The notes: generated from the sequence alone by a model not told the origin. A stretch of 64,000 bases of DNA from a candidate division FCPU426 bacterium (GCA_963796105.1 CAWCKJ010000003.1:544001-608000), one strand, 5' to 3'; counted from the stretch's first letter, positions 29,475 to 40,606 are shown. A program made the numbers and translations.

Positions 29475-30281
29475 TCATTTGATCTTGTGGTCGCTCGGGG
29501 TGGTCGTCAAGATATGAAGGGTCTTGATAGCCTGTTGGGCGGCCGATTGCTCAGCCTCTTTCTTGCTTTTCCCGACGCCAATACCGATGGTTTTTCCGTT
29601 CACCCGGCAGGCAGCCTCGAAATTCCGGTTATGGTCCGGCCCCCATTCCTTGACGACCTCGTATTGGGGCGCCGTCTTCTGGGTTTTCTGGTAGTGTTCC
29701 TGAAGGAGGGTTTTGTGGTCTTTTTCCATCCGCCCCGAGAAGACATTCTCCACATCCTCCCTTAGCAGGCCCAAGATCAGTTTCCGGGCGGGGGGCAATC
29801 CCCCGTTCAGGTAAACCGCCCCGATCACAGCTTCCAGGGCGTCAGCCAGGAGGGAGGGCCTCTTTTTCCCGCCGGACTTCTCCTCGCCTTTACCCAGGAG
29901 CAGGTAATCCCCAAGTTGGAGTTTCTCCGCCTTCTCTCCCAAAACCTCGGCGCTGACGACCACGCTTTTCACTTTGGACAGTCCTCCCTCGGTGACCTCG
30001 GGGAAGGTCTCGAAAACATGCTCGCTGATGACGAGGCCCAGGACGGAATCCCCCAGGAACTCCAACTTCTCATTGTTCACGCGGGGGTCCATCTTGCGCT
30101 CGTAGGTGTGGGATTTGTGGGTCAGGGCCTCGTTTAAAAGCGCGCCATCGCCCATGGGGACATCCAGGCGTTTGGCCAGGAGTTTCAGCTGGGCCGCCCG
30201 GTTTTTATCCAAATCCGGGAAAAAGGAGGCGGAACGCGCCTTTTTTTTAGGAATTAAACTTTTTAACAATGAGAGAGACAT
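29475..30281 (-). CDS. rnc: Ribonuclease III
   Basis: [19 protein letters not shown]-terminal dsRBD KTLLQE...SKKEAEQ; start approximate, overlaps the fabF end. Confidence 0.93.
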   Translation of the reverse strand: MSLSLLKSLIPKKKARSASFFPDLDKNRAAQLKLLAKRLDVPMGDGALLNEALTHKSHTYERKMDPRVNNEKLEFLGDSVLGLVISEHVFETFPEVTEGGLSKVKSVVVSAEVLGEKAEKLQLGDYLLLGKGEEKSGGKKRPSLLADALEAVIGAVYLNGGLPPARKLILGLLREDVENVFSGRMEKDHKTLLQEHYQKTQKTAPQYEVVKEWGPDHNRNFEAACRVNGKTIGIGVGKSKKEAEQSAAQQAIKTLHILTTTPSDHKIK

Positions 30282-31491
30282 TATGGCCGCCGAACCCGAG
30301 TGAATTGGAGAGACAAACTTGGACAGGCTGGACGCGCTTCTGGTTGGGGATGTAATCCAAATCGCAATCCGGGTCCGGCGTCTCAAGGTTGATGGTGGGG
30401 GGCAGAACCCCTTCCTGGATGGCCAATACGCAGGCGATGAACTCGATTCCCCCGGCCGCGCCCAATAGATGCCCGGTCGTGGACTTGGTGGAGGACACTG
30501 GTACCTTGGCCGCCCGCTCCTTGAACACGGTTTTAATCGCCATAGTCTCAAACTTGTCGTTATAGGGTGTGGAGGTGCCGTGGGCGTTAATGTAGTCCAC
30601 GTCCTTGGGGTCCAGCTTGGCGTCCTTCAGGGCCAGTTCCATCGACCTGGCGGCCCCTTCCCCGTTTTCAGCCGGGGTGGTCATGTGGTAGGCGTCGCAG
30701 GTCATCCCATAGCCGGCGGATTCCCCGTAAATTCGCGCGCCCCGGGCCTGGGCATGCTCCAAGGATTCCAAAACCACGATACCGGATCCCTCGCCCATGA
30801 CGAACCCGGAACGGTTCTTGTCGAACGGCCGGCTGGCCTTGGTGGGATGTTCATTTCCGTCCTGGCAAAGGGCGTTCATGTTGGAAAAACCCGCGTAACC
30901 CAGCTCGATGATGCAGGCTTCCGTCCCCCCGGCGATCACCACGTCCGCGTCCCCATGCTGGATCCAACGGGTGGCCTCGCCGATGGCGTGGGCCCCGGAG
31001 GCGCAGGCGGAAACGGTGGCGGTGTTCGGTCCCTGGGCCTGGAGATAGATGGAAACCATGCCGGAAGCCATGTTGATGATCAGCATCGGGATCAGGAAAG
31101 GGGACACCCTGTCCGGCCCCTTTTCCAACAACCTGGCGTGCTGTTCCACCATGACGGGCAAGCCCCCGATGCCGGAACCGATCAGTACCCCGACCCGGGT
31201 CTTGTCTTCCCTGCCCATATCCAGCTTCGCGTCGGCCACGGCCTGGAGGCTCGCCGCAACCGCGAATTGGACGAAAGCGTCCATCTTCTTGACGTCTTTT
31301 TTCTGTATCCCGAACTGGACCGGGTCGAACCCCTTCACCTCACCCCCAATCCGGCAGGACAGCCGGGAAGCGTCAAAACGCGTGACCATGCCGATCCCGC
31401 TTCGACCCTCGCAGATGCCCTTGAAAAAATCGGCTGGGTTGTTCCCAACCGGGGTGATGGCTCCCAATCCGGTGACGACGACCCGTTTCAA
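30247..31491 (-). CDS. fabF: 3-oxoacyl-ACP synthase II
   Basis: [40 protein letters not shown]. Confidence 0.97.
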   Translation of the reverse strand: MKRVVVTGLGAITPVGNNPADFFKGICEGRSGIGMVTRFDASRLSCRIGGEVKGFDPVQFGIQKKDVKKMDAFVQFAVAASLQAVADAKLDMGREDKTRVGVLIGSGIGGLPVMVEQHARLLEKGPDRVSPFLIPMLIINMASGMVSIYLQAQGPNTATVSACASGAHAIGEATRWIQHGDADVVIAGGTEACIIELGYAGFSNMNALCQDGNEHPTKASRPFDKNRSGFVMGEGSGIVVLESLEHAQARGARIYGESAGYGMTCDAYHMTTPAENGEGAARSMELALKDAKLDPKDVDYINAHGTSTPYNDKFETMAIKTVFKERAAKVPVSSTKSTTGHLLGAAGGIEFIACVLAIQEGVLPPTINLETPDPDCDLDYIPNQKRVQPVQVCLSNSLGFGGHNVSLIVKKFNS

Positions 31492-31524
31492 AAAATCCTC
31501 CAGTAAGTGCGTGTCAAATGAGGT

Positions 31525-31761
31525 TTACTCAGACGCCTTGGATTTGATGAAATTGATGGCGTCACCGACTGTCTTGATCTTTTCGGCTTCCTCGTCGGGA
31601 ATTTCCAAATCGAATTCCTCCTCAAAAGCCATGACCAATTCCACCGTATCCAGAGAGTCGGCCCCTAAATCGTCGATAAAGGAAGCCTCGGGTTTGACCT
31701 GCTCCGCCTCGACCCCCAATTGATCAACGATGATTTCCTTCACCTTGTCTTCAATAGCCAT
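31525..31761 (-). CDS. acpP: Acyl carrier protein
   Basis: [14 protein letters not shown]. Confidence 0.97.
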   Translation of the reverse strand: MAIEDKVKEIIVDQLGVEAEQVKPEASFIDDLGADSLDTVELVMAFEEEFDLEIPDEEAEKIKTVGDAINFIKSKASE

Positions 31762-31836
31762 TTCTCTATCCTCCATAAAATTAAACTTCTTAATTCCAGC
31801 GGCTGACTCTCAACCTGCCGGAGCAAAGGCAAACCC

Positions 31837-32574
31837 TTATATCACCATTCCTCCGTCAACGCAAATAACTTGTCCCGTAATATAACGGGAATCCTCCGAC
31901 GCCAAAAACAAGGCTAGATTGGCGATATCGCTGGTCTCCCCGAGGAAACCGAGCGGAATCCCCTTCAACAATTCCTCCTTGGCTTTGTCAGGCAGGGCCT
32001 TGGTCATATCGGTCTGGATGAATCCCGGCGCGATGGCGTTGCAGTTGATGTTCCGGCTCGCGAACTCCCGGGCCGTGGTCTTGGTCAAGCCGATGATTCC
32101 CGCCTTGCTGGCGGCGTAATTCGCCTGGCCCGCGTTCCCGCGCACCCCGATGATCGAGGCGATATTGACGATTTTCCCGAAGCGCGCCTTCATCATCGGC
32201 CTGACGAAGGCCTTGGTCGCCAAAAAGGTCCCCTTGAGGTTGACCGCGATCACGTCGTCCCATTCCTTGTCGCTCATTCGGATGAGCAGGTTGTCCTTGG
32301 TGATTCCGGCGTTGTTGACAAGGATATCCACTTTGCCGAAGGTTTCCAGGACCTTGTCCGCAAAGGCCTCAACCTCCGCCGCCTGGGTGACGTTCACGTT
32401 GAAGGTCAAGGCCTTGACCCCGAGCTTCTCTATTTCCTGGGCGGTCTCCGGCATGCTCGCCTCGATTCCCCCAAGCGCGATGTTGGCCCCGTTCCTGGCC
32501 ATTTCCAAGGCGATGGCCTTGCCGATTCCTCTGCCCCCGCCCGTGATGACGGCTACCTTGTCCTTGATTTTCAT
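31837..32574 (-). CDS. fabG: 3-oxoacyl-ACP reductase
   Basis: TGGGRGIG, NNAGIT, YAASK; start MKIKDK overlaps the fabD stop. Confidence 0.96.
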   Translation of the reverse strand: MKIKDKVAVITGGGRGIGKAIALEMARNGANIALGGIEASMPETAQEIEKLGVKALTFNVNVTQAAEVEAFADKVLETFGKVDILVNNAGITKDNLLIRMSDKEWDDVIAVNLKGTFLATKAFVRPMMKARFGKIVNIASIIGVRGNAGQANYAASKAGIIGLTKTTAREFASRNINCNAIAPGFIQTDMTKALPDKAKEELLKGIPLGFLGETSDIANLALFLASEDSRYITGQVICVDGGMVI

Positions 32575-33506
32575 GCTCCCCCTCCCAATGCTTGAATGGC
32601 TGCTTTGTTCCCGGCGCCCTGGACGGCAGCGCCCGGGATGATTTTCCGGATCAACCCCCCGAGGACCAGACCCGGCCCCACCTCGATAAAACGGTTTATC
32701 CCGTCCCCCGTCATGGCCTCGATGGCCTTGATCCACTGCACCGGTGAGGTCAACTGCCGGACCAGGCTTTCGCGGATGCTACCCGGTTCCTCCAGGATAA
32801 CGGCGTCGATATCGGAGTAATAGGATACCTTCGGTTTGGAAAATTCAACTTTTTGGAGATCATCGCGGTAAAACTTGGCGGCCGGCTCCATCAACCGGCT
32901 ATGAAAAGGCCCGCTGACAGCCAATTCCATTGCCCGTTTGGCACCCAAAGTCTTGGCCTTTGCGCAGGCTTCCAGCACCGCTGGCTTCTCGCCGGAAATG
33001 ACGATTTGGCCCGGGCAATTGATGTTCGCTGGTTCCACAATCCCCAGGTGCGACGCTTCCCTGCAGGCTTGTTGGACTTTTTCCTCATTGAGTCCCAGCA
33101 CCGCAGCCATGGTGCCCTTTCCTTGGCCTGCGGCTTCCATCAACTCGCCGCGTCGGCGGACCAAGCGGACAGCGTCCTCGAAGGATAAGGCCCCGGCCGC
33201 CACCAAGGCGCTGTAGGCGCCCAGGCTGTGTCCCGATACCCCTTGATAGGAAAAACCATTTCGGTTCAGCATGGTGAACGCCGCGACCGAAGCGGTCAGG
33301 AGCGCCGGTTGCGTCACGGCTGTTTTCTTCAGTTCCTCCTCCGGCCCCTCGAAGCAAATCTTGGAAAGGCTGAAACCCAGGATGGAGTCCGCCTTCTCAA
33401 AGAGGGCACGGGCTTCAGGGTAAAACTCGAACAGGTCCTTCCCCATCCCGATGGATTGTGATCCCTGGCCCGGGAAAACCAGGCCGGTCTTGTTTCCGAT
33501 CACCAT
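32571..33506 (-). CDS. fabD: Malonyl-CoA:ACP transacylase
   Basis: FPGQGSQ, GHSLG, VSGPFHS. Confidence 0.96.
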   Translation of the reverse strand: MVIGNKTGLVFPGQGSQSIGMGKDLFEFYPEARALFEKADSILGFSLSKICFEGPEEELKKTAVTQPALLTASVAAFTMLNRNGFSYQGVSGHSLGAYSALVAAGALSFEDAVRLVRRRGELMEAAGQGKGTMAAVLGLNEEKVQQACREASHLGIVEPANINCPGQIVISGEKPAVLEACAKAKTLGAKRAMELAVSGPFHSRLMEPAAKFYRDDLQKVEFSKPKVSYYSDIDAVILEEPGSIRESLVRQLTSPVQWIKAIEAMTGDGINRFIEVGPGLVLGGLIRKIIPGAAVQGAGNKAAIQALGGGA

Positions 33507-34492
33507 TTCAACACCGCAGAGGCCAGGGTCGTTCCGGCGCCAAACGCCACCAGGGCGACGTAATCCCCTTTCTTGATGCGGCCGCCTCTCAGGGCCTGGT
33601 CGAGCGCTATGGCCACTGAGGCGGCGGAGGTGTTGCCGACCTTGTCGATATTGACAAAGAATTTCCCCTCCGGGAAGCCCATCTTTTCCCGGATAGCCTC
33701 GATGATGCGAAGATTGGCCTGGTGGGGAATGATGAGGTTGATTTGGTCCAAGGTGATTCCCGCGCGCTTGGCGGCCTCCTTCGTGGCGTCGGTCATGATA
33801 TTCACGGCGATCTTATAGACCTCCCGGCCGGCCATTTTCAATGTGTGAAGATTCTCCTGAAGGGTATTTTCAGTCGGGGGAAATTGCGATCCCCCGCCGG
33901 GGATCCTCAATAGCTCCGCGTCCTTGCCGTTGGCCGATAGAAATGTGGATAAAACCTCGGGTTTGCCCTCGACGGCCTCGCCCAGGACGACCGCTCCGGC
34001 CCCGTCCCCGAAAAGCACGCATGTGGATCTATCCTTCCAGTCCGTGAAGGCGGTCAATTTTTCCGCCCCAATGAGTAGGACTTTTTTATAAAGGCCGCTC
34101 TCTATCAGGGAGCGGGCGACGGCGATTCCATAGATGAACCCAGAGCAGGCGGCGGAGATGTCGAAAGCCGCGGCCTGGGGGGCGCCCAGCTTGGCCTGCA
34201 CCCTGCAGGAGGCGGAGGGGGTGGGGGAATCCGGGGTGATGGTGGATACGATGATGACATCCAGGTCCGTGGGTTTCAAACCGGCGTCCGCCAAGGCTTT
34301 CTTGGCCGCCTCAGTGGCTAAGTCGGAAGTGAATTGGTCCGGCGCGGCGACTCGACGCTCCTTGATCCCGGTCCGGGTGGTAATCCATTCGTCGGAAGTC
34401 TCCACCATCCTTTCCAAGTCCTGGTTGGTGAGTATCTTTTCCGGAAGGTAGGATCCCACTCCCAGGATTCCAGTTCGTCTATTCGCGCTCAC
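33500..34492 (-). CDS. fabH: 3-oxoacyl-ACP synthase III
   Basis: AACSGF, PHQANLRI, GNTSAAS. Confidence 0.96.
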   Translation of the reverse strand: MSANRRTGILGVGSYLPEKILTNQDLERMVETSDEWITTRTGIKERRVAAPDQFTSDLATEAAKKALADAGLKPTDLDVIIVSTITPDSPTPSASCRVQAKLGAPQAAAFDISAACSGFIYGIAVARSLIESGLYKKVLLIGAEKLTAFTDWKDRSTCVLFGDGAGAVVLGEAVEGKPEVLSTFLSANGKDAELLRIPGGGSQFPPTENTLQENLHTLKMAGREVYKIAVNIMTDATKEAAKRAGITLDQINLIIPHQANLRIIEAIREKMGFPEGKFFVNIDKVGNTSAASVAIALDQALRGGRIKKGDYVALVAFGAGTTLASAVLKW

Positions 34493-35556
34493 TTGGCCTC
34501 CCCGTTCCGGGACTTGGTTTCGATTTTGTCAGCGACTTGCCCGTACCGGGCGATTCTTTCCTTCAGCAATTCGTTCATCTTTCCATTGACCCCGCGCAAG
34601 GTGGCCCGGATGGCGTTCTTGATGGTCAAAGCGTTCGATTTCCCATGGCAGATCAGGCTGAACCCGTCAATCCCCAGCAGGGGCGCTCCCCCGTATTCCT
34701 TATAGTCAATGCTTCTCTTGAAACGGCGGAAGGCCGGGCCCGCCAAAAGCCCACCCAGGAGAGTGAAGAGGTTCGAACTCATCTCTTTTTTCAGGAGGTC
34801 GTAGACCAGTTCCCCGACCCCCTCAATGGCCTTGAGGATGACGTTCCCGACGAAGCCGTCGCAGACGGTCACGTCGCAGTTTCCGTTGACGATGTCCCTT
34901 CCTTCCACGTTCCCGATGTAGTTGAGGGGCGTTTTTTTCAGGAGGGCCTGGGCCTCGAAAACCAGCTCGTTTCCCTTGGTCTCCTCCTCACCGATGGAAA
35001 GAAGCCCCACCCTTGGATTCTTGAAGTTCAAGAGGGTCCTGGCGAAAACATCCCCCATGAGGGCAAACTGGAGCAGGTGCTTGGCCTTGCAGTCCACGTT
35101 GGCCCCCGCGTCGACCAGGACGCTGACCCCGTTCATGCTGGGCACCATCGTAACAATGGCCGGCCTATAGACCCCGTCGATCCTCCCGCAGGTCAAGAGG
35201 GCCGCGGCCATGGTGGCGCCGGAGTTTCCGGCCGAGATGCAGGCGACGGCTCCCCCCCGCTTCACGAGCTCCGAACAGCGCACGATGGAGGAATCCCTTT
35301 TCTGCTTGCAGGCCTGCGCCGGGCTCTCCCCCATTTCCACGACTTCCCGGGCGTCCACCAGGACGAATCCGGGAGGTGGCGCGCCTCCGCGGCGGGCAAG
35401 TTCTTTCTGGATGTCTTCCTTGCGGCCGACGACCAGCAGCTCGAAATCCGGGCCGGCCAAATTCCGGACTTCCTGGTTGGAAAGGGCCATGAGGGCGCCC
35501 TCGACGGTTTCCCGGGGGGCCAAATCACCGCCCATCGCGTCAAGAGCTATTTTCAT
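34489..35556 (-). CDS. plsX: Phosphate acyltransferase
   Basis: IALDAMGGD, SAGNSGA, DAGAN, DGFVGN. Confidence 0.96.
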   Translation of the reverse strand: MKIALDAMGGDLAPRETVEGALMALSNQEVRNLAGPDFELLVVGRKEDIQKELARRGGAPPPGFVLVDAREVVEMGESPAQACKQKRDSSIVRCSELVKRGGAVACISAGNSGATMAAALLTCGRIDGVYRPAIVTMVPSMNGVSVLVDAGANVDCKAKHLLQFALMGDVFARTLLNFKNPRVGLLSIGEEETKGNELVFEAQALLKKTPLNYIGNVEGRDIVNGNCDVTVCDGFVGNVILKAIEGVGELVYDLLKKEMSSNLFTLLGGLLAGPAFRRFKRSIDYKEYGGAPLLGIDGFSLICHGKSNALTIKNAIRATLRGVNGKMNELLKERIARYGQVADKIETKSRNGEAK

Positions 35557-35568
35557 GCCGGGGAATTG

Positions 35569-35751
35569 TTAGGCGATTTCAACGCTGATAACTTCTTTGC
35601 CCTTGTAAAATCCGCAGGTGGGACAGACGCGGTGGGGCAGTTTCGCGCTTTTGCATTGAGGGCAAGTCGAAAGGGACTTGGTCTTGATTTTCCAGTTGGT
35701 CCGGCGCTTGTCGCGGCGCTGGCGGGAATGTCTTCGTTTAGGATTAGCCAT
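35569..35751 (-). CDS. rpmF: 50S ribosomal protein L32 (zinc-ribbon form)
   Basis: MANPKRRHS..CPQC..HRVCPTCG. Confidence 0.96.
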   Translation of the reverse strand: MANPKRRHSRQRRDKRRTNWKIKTKSLSTCPQCKSAKLPHRVCPTCGFYKGKEVISVEIA

Positions 35752-35823
35752 CATAACCTCCAAATTTAAAGCCGGCGGGGCCATGAAACCCGGCCCAAGA
35801 TCTCCATTGAGTTACCGCTGCTC

Positions 35824-36348
35824 TTAATCTACTTTCCACTTCTTCAAGGCATCCCACCGGGGATCGGAAGGCGGCTCCGAGCACTCGCAGGATTCAAGGT
35901 TCCTATCGCATCCGCATTGGGGGCATAGACCCAGGCAGTCCTCCCTGCATAAGGCCCTCATGGGGACCGAAAGCAGGATCGTTTGCCGGATTTCATCGGC
36001 CACATCCAGGACATCGCCCTCAAAAAAAACGGTTTCGGCCTCATCCGGGCCCCCGTCAACCTCGCCCGGCCGGAGTTGAAATTCGCTCCGCTGTCTATAA
36101 TAGATATCAAAAAAAGACTTAAATGGGTTCTCGAAATTCTTAAGGCACCTGTCGCAGTTCAATATCAGCCAACCCGACACCCAGCCTTTGGCTGAAATCA
36201 CGTCCCCGAGCTTGGAAACCTCGCAATGAATTTCCAGCGGGCCTGACTTCAAATCGGGGGATAAATCGATTCCAAGAGCCTCAGCCGGAGCCTTCTGCTC
36301 AAGAACCAGGTCTTCCCGTTCGAGAGAGCGCAACTCCACCTTCAGCAT
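35824..36348 (-). CDS. yceD: YceD/DUF177 protein
   Basis: CDRCL, PMRALCREDCLGLCPQCG, DPRWDALK; upstream of rpmF. Confidence 0.9.
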   Translation of the reverse strand: MLKVELRSLEREDLVLEQKAPAEALGIDLSPDLKSGPLEIHCEVSKLGDVISAKGWVSGWLILNCDRCLKNFENPFKSFFDIYYRQRSEFQLRPGEVDGGPDEAETVFFEGDVLDVADEIRQTILLSVPMRALCREDCLGLCPQCGCDRNLESCECSEPPSDPRWDALKKWKVD

Positions 36349-36539
36349 CTCGGCGCCTCCCCTTTCCCTAAAACTTCAACCCATCCGTCCCCTTCAAAGC
36401 GTTTCGCTGATGTGAGAAACCAATCCACAATCACCCAAAAACGAAAAACCCTTTGAAAAAGAAGATCGGAGTCAACGAAGAATAAGGAAACTGACTATAT
36501 CTTTTCAAGGATAAAATATGTCAAAAAAGAAGCAGGCCG

Positions 36540-36569
36540 ATTATAGGAATCACCGACTTTCAGTGTCAA
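36540..36569 (-). promoter_or_regulatory. Consensus sigma70 promoter of the yceD-rpmF-plsX-fab operon
   Basis: TTGACA-18bp-TATAAT. Confidence 0.7.
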
Positions 36570-36653
36570 GAAAATAGCCTGTTTTTCAGGGCTTTTGTCG
36601 TGATTAAGGGCGTCAGGTTACAAAATGTGACTCGTGTAAAACTTCAGCCGCCA

Positions 36654-37163
36654 TCAATGGCTGTAAATCTTCCTCAAGCCTTTTTCAACGACCGGCGGGA
36701 CAAATCCGCTCACATCTCCCCCGAAACAAGCGACTTCCTTGATGGCGCTGGAGGAGAGGAATATGAATTTCTCGTTGGGAACCAGGAATACCACCTCGAT
36801 ATCGGATAAAAGGCTCCGGTTGATGAGGGCCATTTGGAACTCATGCTCAAAATCGGATACAGCGCGGAGGCCCCGAAAGATGATATTGGCCTTGATTTGA
36901 CGGGCGTAATCCACCAATAAACCGTCGAAGGAGGAAACCTTGACGTCCGGAAGGTTGCGGGTGGTTTCTCTCAAGAAATGCATCCTATCCTTCGCCGGGA
37001 AAAGAACCTTTTTGGCGGGGTTGGACACGACGGAAATATAAAGCTCATCGCAGAGCTCAAAGGCCCTGCCTGCGATATCCAAATGGCCGAAGGTCACGGG
37101 GTCGAAGGAGCCCGGATATAAGCCGATTGTTTTCTTTCCCATGTTCTTCCTTTCAGGACTCAA
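36654..37163 (-). CDS. coaD: Phosphopantetheine adenylyltransferase
   Basis: YPGSFDPVTFGH, RGLRAVSDFEHE, SSSAIKE. Confidence 0.96.
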   Translation of the reverse strand: MSPERKNMGKKTIGLYPGSFDPVTFGHLDIAGRAFELCDELYISVVSNPAKKVLFPAKDRMHFLRETTRNLPDVKVSSFDGLLVDYARQIKANIIFRGLRAVSDFEHEFQMALINRSLLSDIEVVFLVPNEKFIFLSSSAIKEVACFGGDVSGFVPPVVEKGLRKIYSH

Positions 37164-37750
37164 GCGGTTTCGGGCGCCTGGATCGGCCCGTTATTCTTAA
37201 AGAGGCTCAATAAGGTATCGCCGTATTTCTTCTGCCTCACCAGGGGATAAGGAAATTCCAGGTCCAACTCAGTATCCTTGGCGCCATGCTCGATAGCAAG
37301 GATCCCCCCTTCCCGCAGAATGGGATATTGCGTCAGAAGGCGCTGGATGCGCATTAAAACCCCGATTTCATAGGGCGGATCGGCCAACAGGATATCAAAT
37401 TTCCTTCCCTCTTGATGAAGCAAATAAAAGGCCCTGGAAACCTCCATCTCCATGATGCGGATGCCGTTTTGGGGGTCTTTCGGGTTGAGTCCCAGTTCCT
37501 GGAAGTTTTCTCGGATAAGCCTCAGGCTCTCAAAAGCGTTCTCCACGAACACCACTTCCGAAGCCCTCCGGCTGAGGGCTTCCAGGCCCAAGTTCCCCGT
37601 GCCCGAAAAAAAATCCACAACCGAACAGCCGGCCAGAGGCTCCAGCATATTAAACAGGGCGCCTTTGACCTTGTCCCCGGTTGGCCTGATTTTCATGTTC
37701 TTGGGGGCCTTGACGGTCCGGCTTTTTAATCTACCAGCGATGATTCTCAT
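37160..37750 (-). CDS. rsmD: 16S rRNA m2G966 methyltransferase
   Basis: MRIIAG, RPT..VKGALFN, EALSR, DPPY. Confidence 0.93.
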   Translation of the reverse strand: MRIIAGRLKSRTVKAPKNMKIRPTGDKVKGALFNMLEPLAGCSVVDFFSGTGNLGLEALSRRASEVVFVENAFESLRLIRENFQELGLNPKDPQNGIRIMEMEVSRAFYLLHQEGRKFDILLADPPYEIGVLMRIQRLLTQYPILREGGILAIEHGAKDTELDLEFPYPLVRQKKYGDTLLSLFKNNGPIQAPETA

Positions 37751-37761
37751 TCCAATTCCTC

Positions 37762-37897
37762 TAGCAGGCTGCTGAAAAAATAAAAATAGGCCCACAAAGC
37801 AGCCTGCGACCCCAAAGATTCCGCAGGAATCGTGGGGTTTCCGCAAATGTCGTCAGCTGAAAAAGTCCGTTTTGGGGAATTTTTCAGCACCTTGATA
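37762..37897. mobile_element. ~135-bp MITE-like element just upstream of rsmD
   Basis: Imperfect terminal inverted repeats TAGCAGGCTGCTGAAAAA / TTTTTCAGCACCTTGATA. Confidence 0.55.
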
Positions 37898-37951
37898 AAA
37901 GATGGTCCCTTCGCCTGAGCGCAAAGGCATCCAACTGGCGTGAAGCCTTCT

Positions 37952-39922
37952 TCAACGGGATTTCGAGTCCTTCAGCTTCGCTTGAAAAGGGGATGCGGGA
38001 AGGCCGTTATTGCCGTTCAGGTTGCAAAGCGGGTTATCCCCCCAGGCGTAACGGATGGCTTTCGGGTCAGCCACTTGGTCGTTCCAGACCACCACGGTAT
38101 TACCCTTGATTTCCGCCTGGGCCCATTTGAATTTGCCGTCCCGCCCCGCGACGGCGAAGCCTTTCAAGGAGCCGGCCCCGCTTGATTTCAAACCCTCCTC
38201 GGCGTTTTTAAATGTGACGCGGATACGGTTTCCTTCAGCCATGGCGGATTCGTAAAGAGGGCTCAAATAGGGGCCCTTCATACCATAGGCTTTTTCCAAT
38301 GCAACCAAGGCCAATCGGCGCCCCACCTCGGTTTTATTCTTCGGGTGAATGTCATGGTCCTCGCCTAGGTCGATGAGAACAGCCATCCCCGTGTTGGGGA
38401 CCGAAAGGGTTCTGCTTTGTTGTTCCCTCAGGTCCGCCCAGTCGCTTTCGCTTGGTAGGTCCTTGGTATCCATGAAGCCCGGGAGCTGGGCGAATATAAA
38501 AGGCATGTCCGGTTCGCGCCACTCCTTCCTCCATCCACCGATCAGGGATGCCAGAAGTCCATGGTACTCCTTCGCCCTGGAAGTGTTTTGCTCACCCTGG
38601 TACCAGATCACGCCCCGAATGGGATAGGAAGTCAGCGGATGAATCATCCCGTCATAAAGCTGGGAGGGCATCTCCGCCATGGGCTTTGGATCGATCCCAA
38701 AGTAGATGTTTTGGATCGCCCCGGGTGTGAATGGCCGGGCTTTCCCCCATCCCGATTGTTTCAAGGAGGACAAGGGAATCCGGTAAAGCTTCCATTTATT
38801 TCCCGTCTCAAAGGCCTGCGTCCTGTAATTGTCCCAGTCGGAAATGGTCGGCTGGGAAAGGAACAGAATATATTTCCCGCTTCCCCTGCCGTAAAACTCG
38901 ATGGCCTCGAAATCGGTCAAGTCGAGGGTTTTCCCATCCTTTGCTAAAGGCGTCGTTATCCAACCCCAGGCATCCGGAAGAAGCTTGCCGGTCATATGCC
39001 CCAAGGGTCCTGGAACCGGGCCAGGAAGATTCTCAGTTGAGATGTCTATTTCCGAACCATCTTTTACGCCGGTGGACCAATATCCCGGGATCGTCTTTTC
39101 CTGGCGGCTTAAGGCGTTTCCATTGAATTGAACCGTCACGGGGGATCGGGTTGAATCACGCGGACGGAAACGAAGTCCCGACAGCCAGAAATCCGCGTCA
39201 AAACTGCCCTGTGCCCACATCTTTTTTTCCCAAGAGGGTTTTGCCTCCCATCTTTTCAAAGAGTTCTTGCAGGCAGGCCCGGTCTGGAAAGTTTTTTCAG
39301 GGATCCAGCTTTCAATATAAGTTCCGCCCCAGCAACTCTGGATCAGCCCCACCGGCACGTTTAATTTTTTACGAAGGTTGAGCCCGAAATGATAAGCCAC
39401 CGCGGAAAAATCCTTGATCGTGTCGGGTGTGCAAACCTTCCACTCGCCCTGGGGGTCATCCAGGGGTTTTGTGGAATTCCTGAGCGATTGTTTGAATATC
39501 CGGATCTTGGAATCAGTGGCTTGCGGCAGGGTTTTGGCCGAATCATGGGTATTAGACATCGGGAACTCCATGTTGGATTGTCCGGCCCCCACCCAGACTT
39601 CCCCCACCAGCACATCCTCGATTTTAGCCGTGGCGGAACCCTGGATGGTCAACTCATAGGGTCCACCGGCCCGAAGAGAAGCCAATTTAACTTTCCATTT
39701 TCCCTTCGAGTCCGCCTGGGTCGAGCCCGACTCGCCCGCCAGGGTGACGACAACCTTTTGGCCCGGATTGTCCTTACCCCACAACACCCCTGGTTTTCCC
39801 GCCTGGATCACCATGTGGTCCCCGATCAGGTACGGTAATACCAAAGCCGGCCATCCAGGCGCAGCGATCGAGCATAAAAAAAGGGATTCCAACACAGTTA
39901 GAATAAAACGCCTTAGGCCCAT
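37952..39922 (-). CDS. Sialate O-acetylesterase (SASA/DUF303) family esterase with inserted CBM11/CIA30-like domain
   Basis: GEVWVGAGQSNM, WGGT, WYQGEQN, DIHPKNK; insert DLTDFEAIEFYGRG...WKLYRIPLSSL. Confidence 0.85.
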   Translation of the reverse strand: MGLRRFILTVLESLFLCSIAAPGWPALVLPYLIGDHMVIQAGKPGVLWGKDNPGQKVVVTLAGESGSTQADSKGKWKVKLASLRAGGPYELTIQGSATAKIEDVLVGEVWVGAGQSNMEFPMSNTHDSAKTLPQATDSKIRIFKQSLRNSTKPLDDPQGEWKVCTPDTIKDFSAVAYHFGLNLRKKLNVPVGLIQSCWGGTYIESWIPEKTFQTGPACKNSLKRWEAKPSWEKKMWAQGSFDADFWLSGLRFRPRDSTRSPVTVQFNGNALSRQEKTIPGYWSTGVKDGSEIDISTENLPGPVPGPLGHMTGKLLPDAWGWITTPLAKDGKTLDLTDFEAIEFYGRGSGKYILFLSQPTISDWDNYRTQAFETGNKWKLYRIPLSSLKQSGWGKARPFTPGAIQNIYFGIDPKPMAEMPSQLYDGMIHPLTSYPIRGVIWYQGEQNTSRAKEYHGLLASLIGGWRKEWREPDMPFIFAQLPGFMDTKDLPSESDWADLREQQSRTLSVPNTGMAVLIDLGEDHDIHPKNKTEVGRRLALVALEKAYGMKGPYLSPLYESAMAEGNRIRVTFKNAEEGLKSSGAGSLKGFAVAGRDGKFKWAQAEIKGNTVVVWNDQVADPKAIRYAWGDNPLCNLNGNNGLPASPFQAKLKDSKSR

Positions 39923-40349
39923 GGCCGCTCCTCAGTCCCTGATTGAATCCCAATGTTAAAATAGGCGATTTGTGCTTGAAAATAATAACACGGCGGTTTG
40001 CCTGATTTTTATTTGAAATAATCCTCGCGATCCGAGTTTTACCTATACCAGCTTGTTGGTAACCCGCCAGATCAAACGCTTGCTAGCGCCCGCGTCCAAA
40101 AGGGCCGCATGAAATCGCGATGTTCTCATATCCCCCCTGACTTGCAATAAATCATCAGATAACCTGGTTTCTCCTGGTAATTCCCTCTGAAGTTGGCTGT
40201 TTTTCCGGGTTATTTAAGTTTTTTCACACCTTTTACATACGATTTTCCACCTATTCTCCAGAAACCCTGTATTATATGTGCTCCATCTGGGGCCTTTTGA
40301 GCCCGGATGGTGTTGTTAAATTTATAGTGAAAAGATGAGGTTTCATACA

Positions 40350-40550
40350 ATGGCTCAAGGTACAGTGAAGTGGTTTAAGAACGAGAAGGGTTTTGGTTTT
40401 ATCTCCCAGGACGGTGGTGAGGACGTATTTGTTCACCATTCGGCCATTCAAGGCGAGGGATACAAATCGTTGAACGAGGGGGACCGCGTGGAATTTGAGG
40501 TCACTCGTGGAGACAAAGGCCTAAAGGCCGAAAACGTCGTTAAGATCTAA
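40350..40550 (+). CDS. csp: Cold-shock protein
   Basis: [24 protein letters not shown]. Confidence 0.96.
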   Translation: MAQGTVKWFKNEKGFGFISQDGGEDVFVHHSAIQGEGYKSLNEGDRVEFEVTRGDKGLKAENVVKI

Positions 40551-40569
40551 CACATCTTTTCGAAAACCC

Positions 40570-40606
40570 AAAAGCCCTGCGGTTAAAACCGCAGGGCTTT
40601 TTCTTT
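40570..40606 (+). terminator. Intrinsic terminator after csp
   Basis: aaaagccctgcggtt-aa-aaccgcagggctttt. Confidence 0.8.

Noticed and set aside
29475..30551. 358-aa N-terminally extended RNase III
   Set aside because: The extension lies inside fabF in another frame; the real start is near 30281. Likewise the long starts given for fabG, purA, rsmD, rpmB and the PorV-like gene
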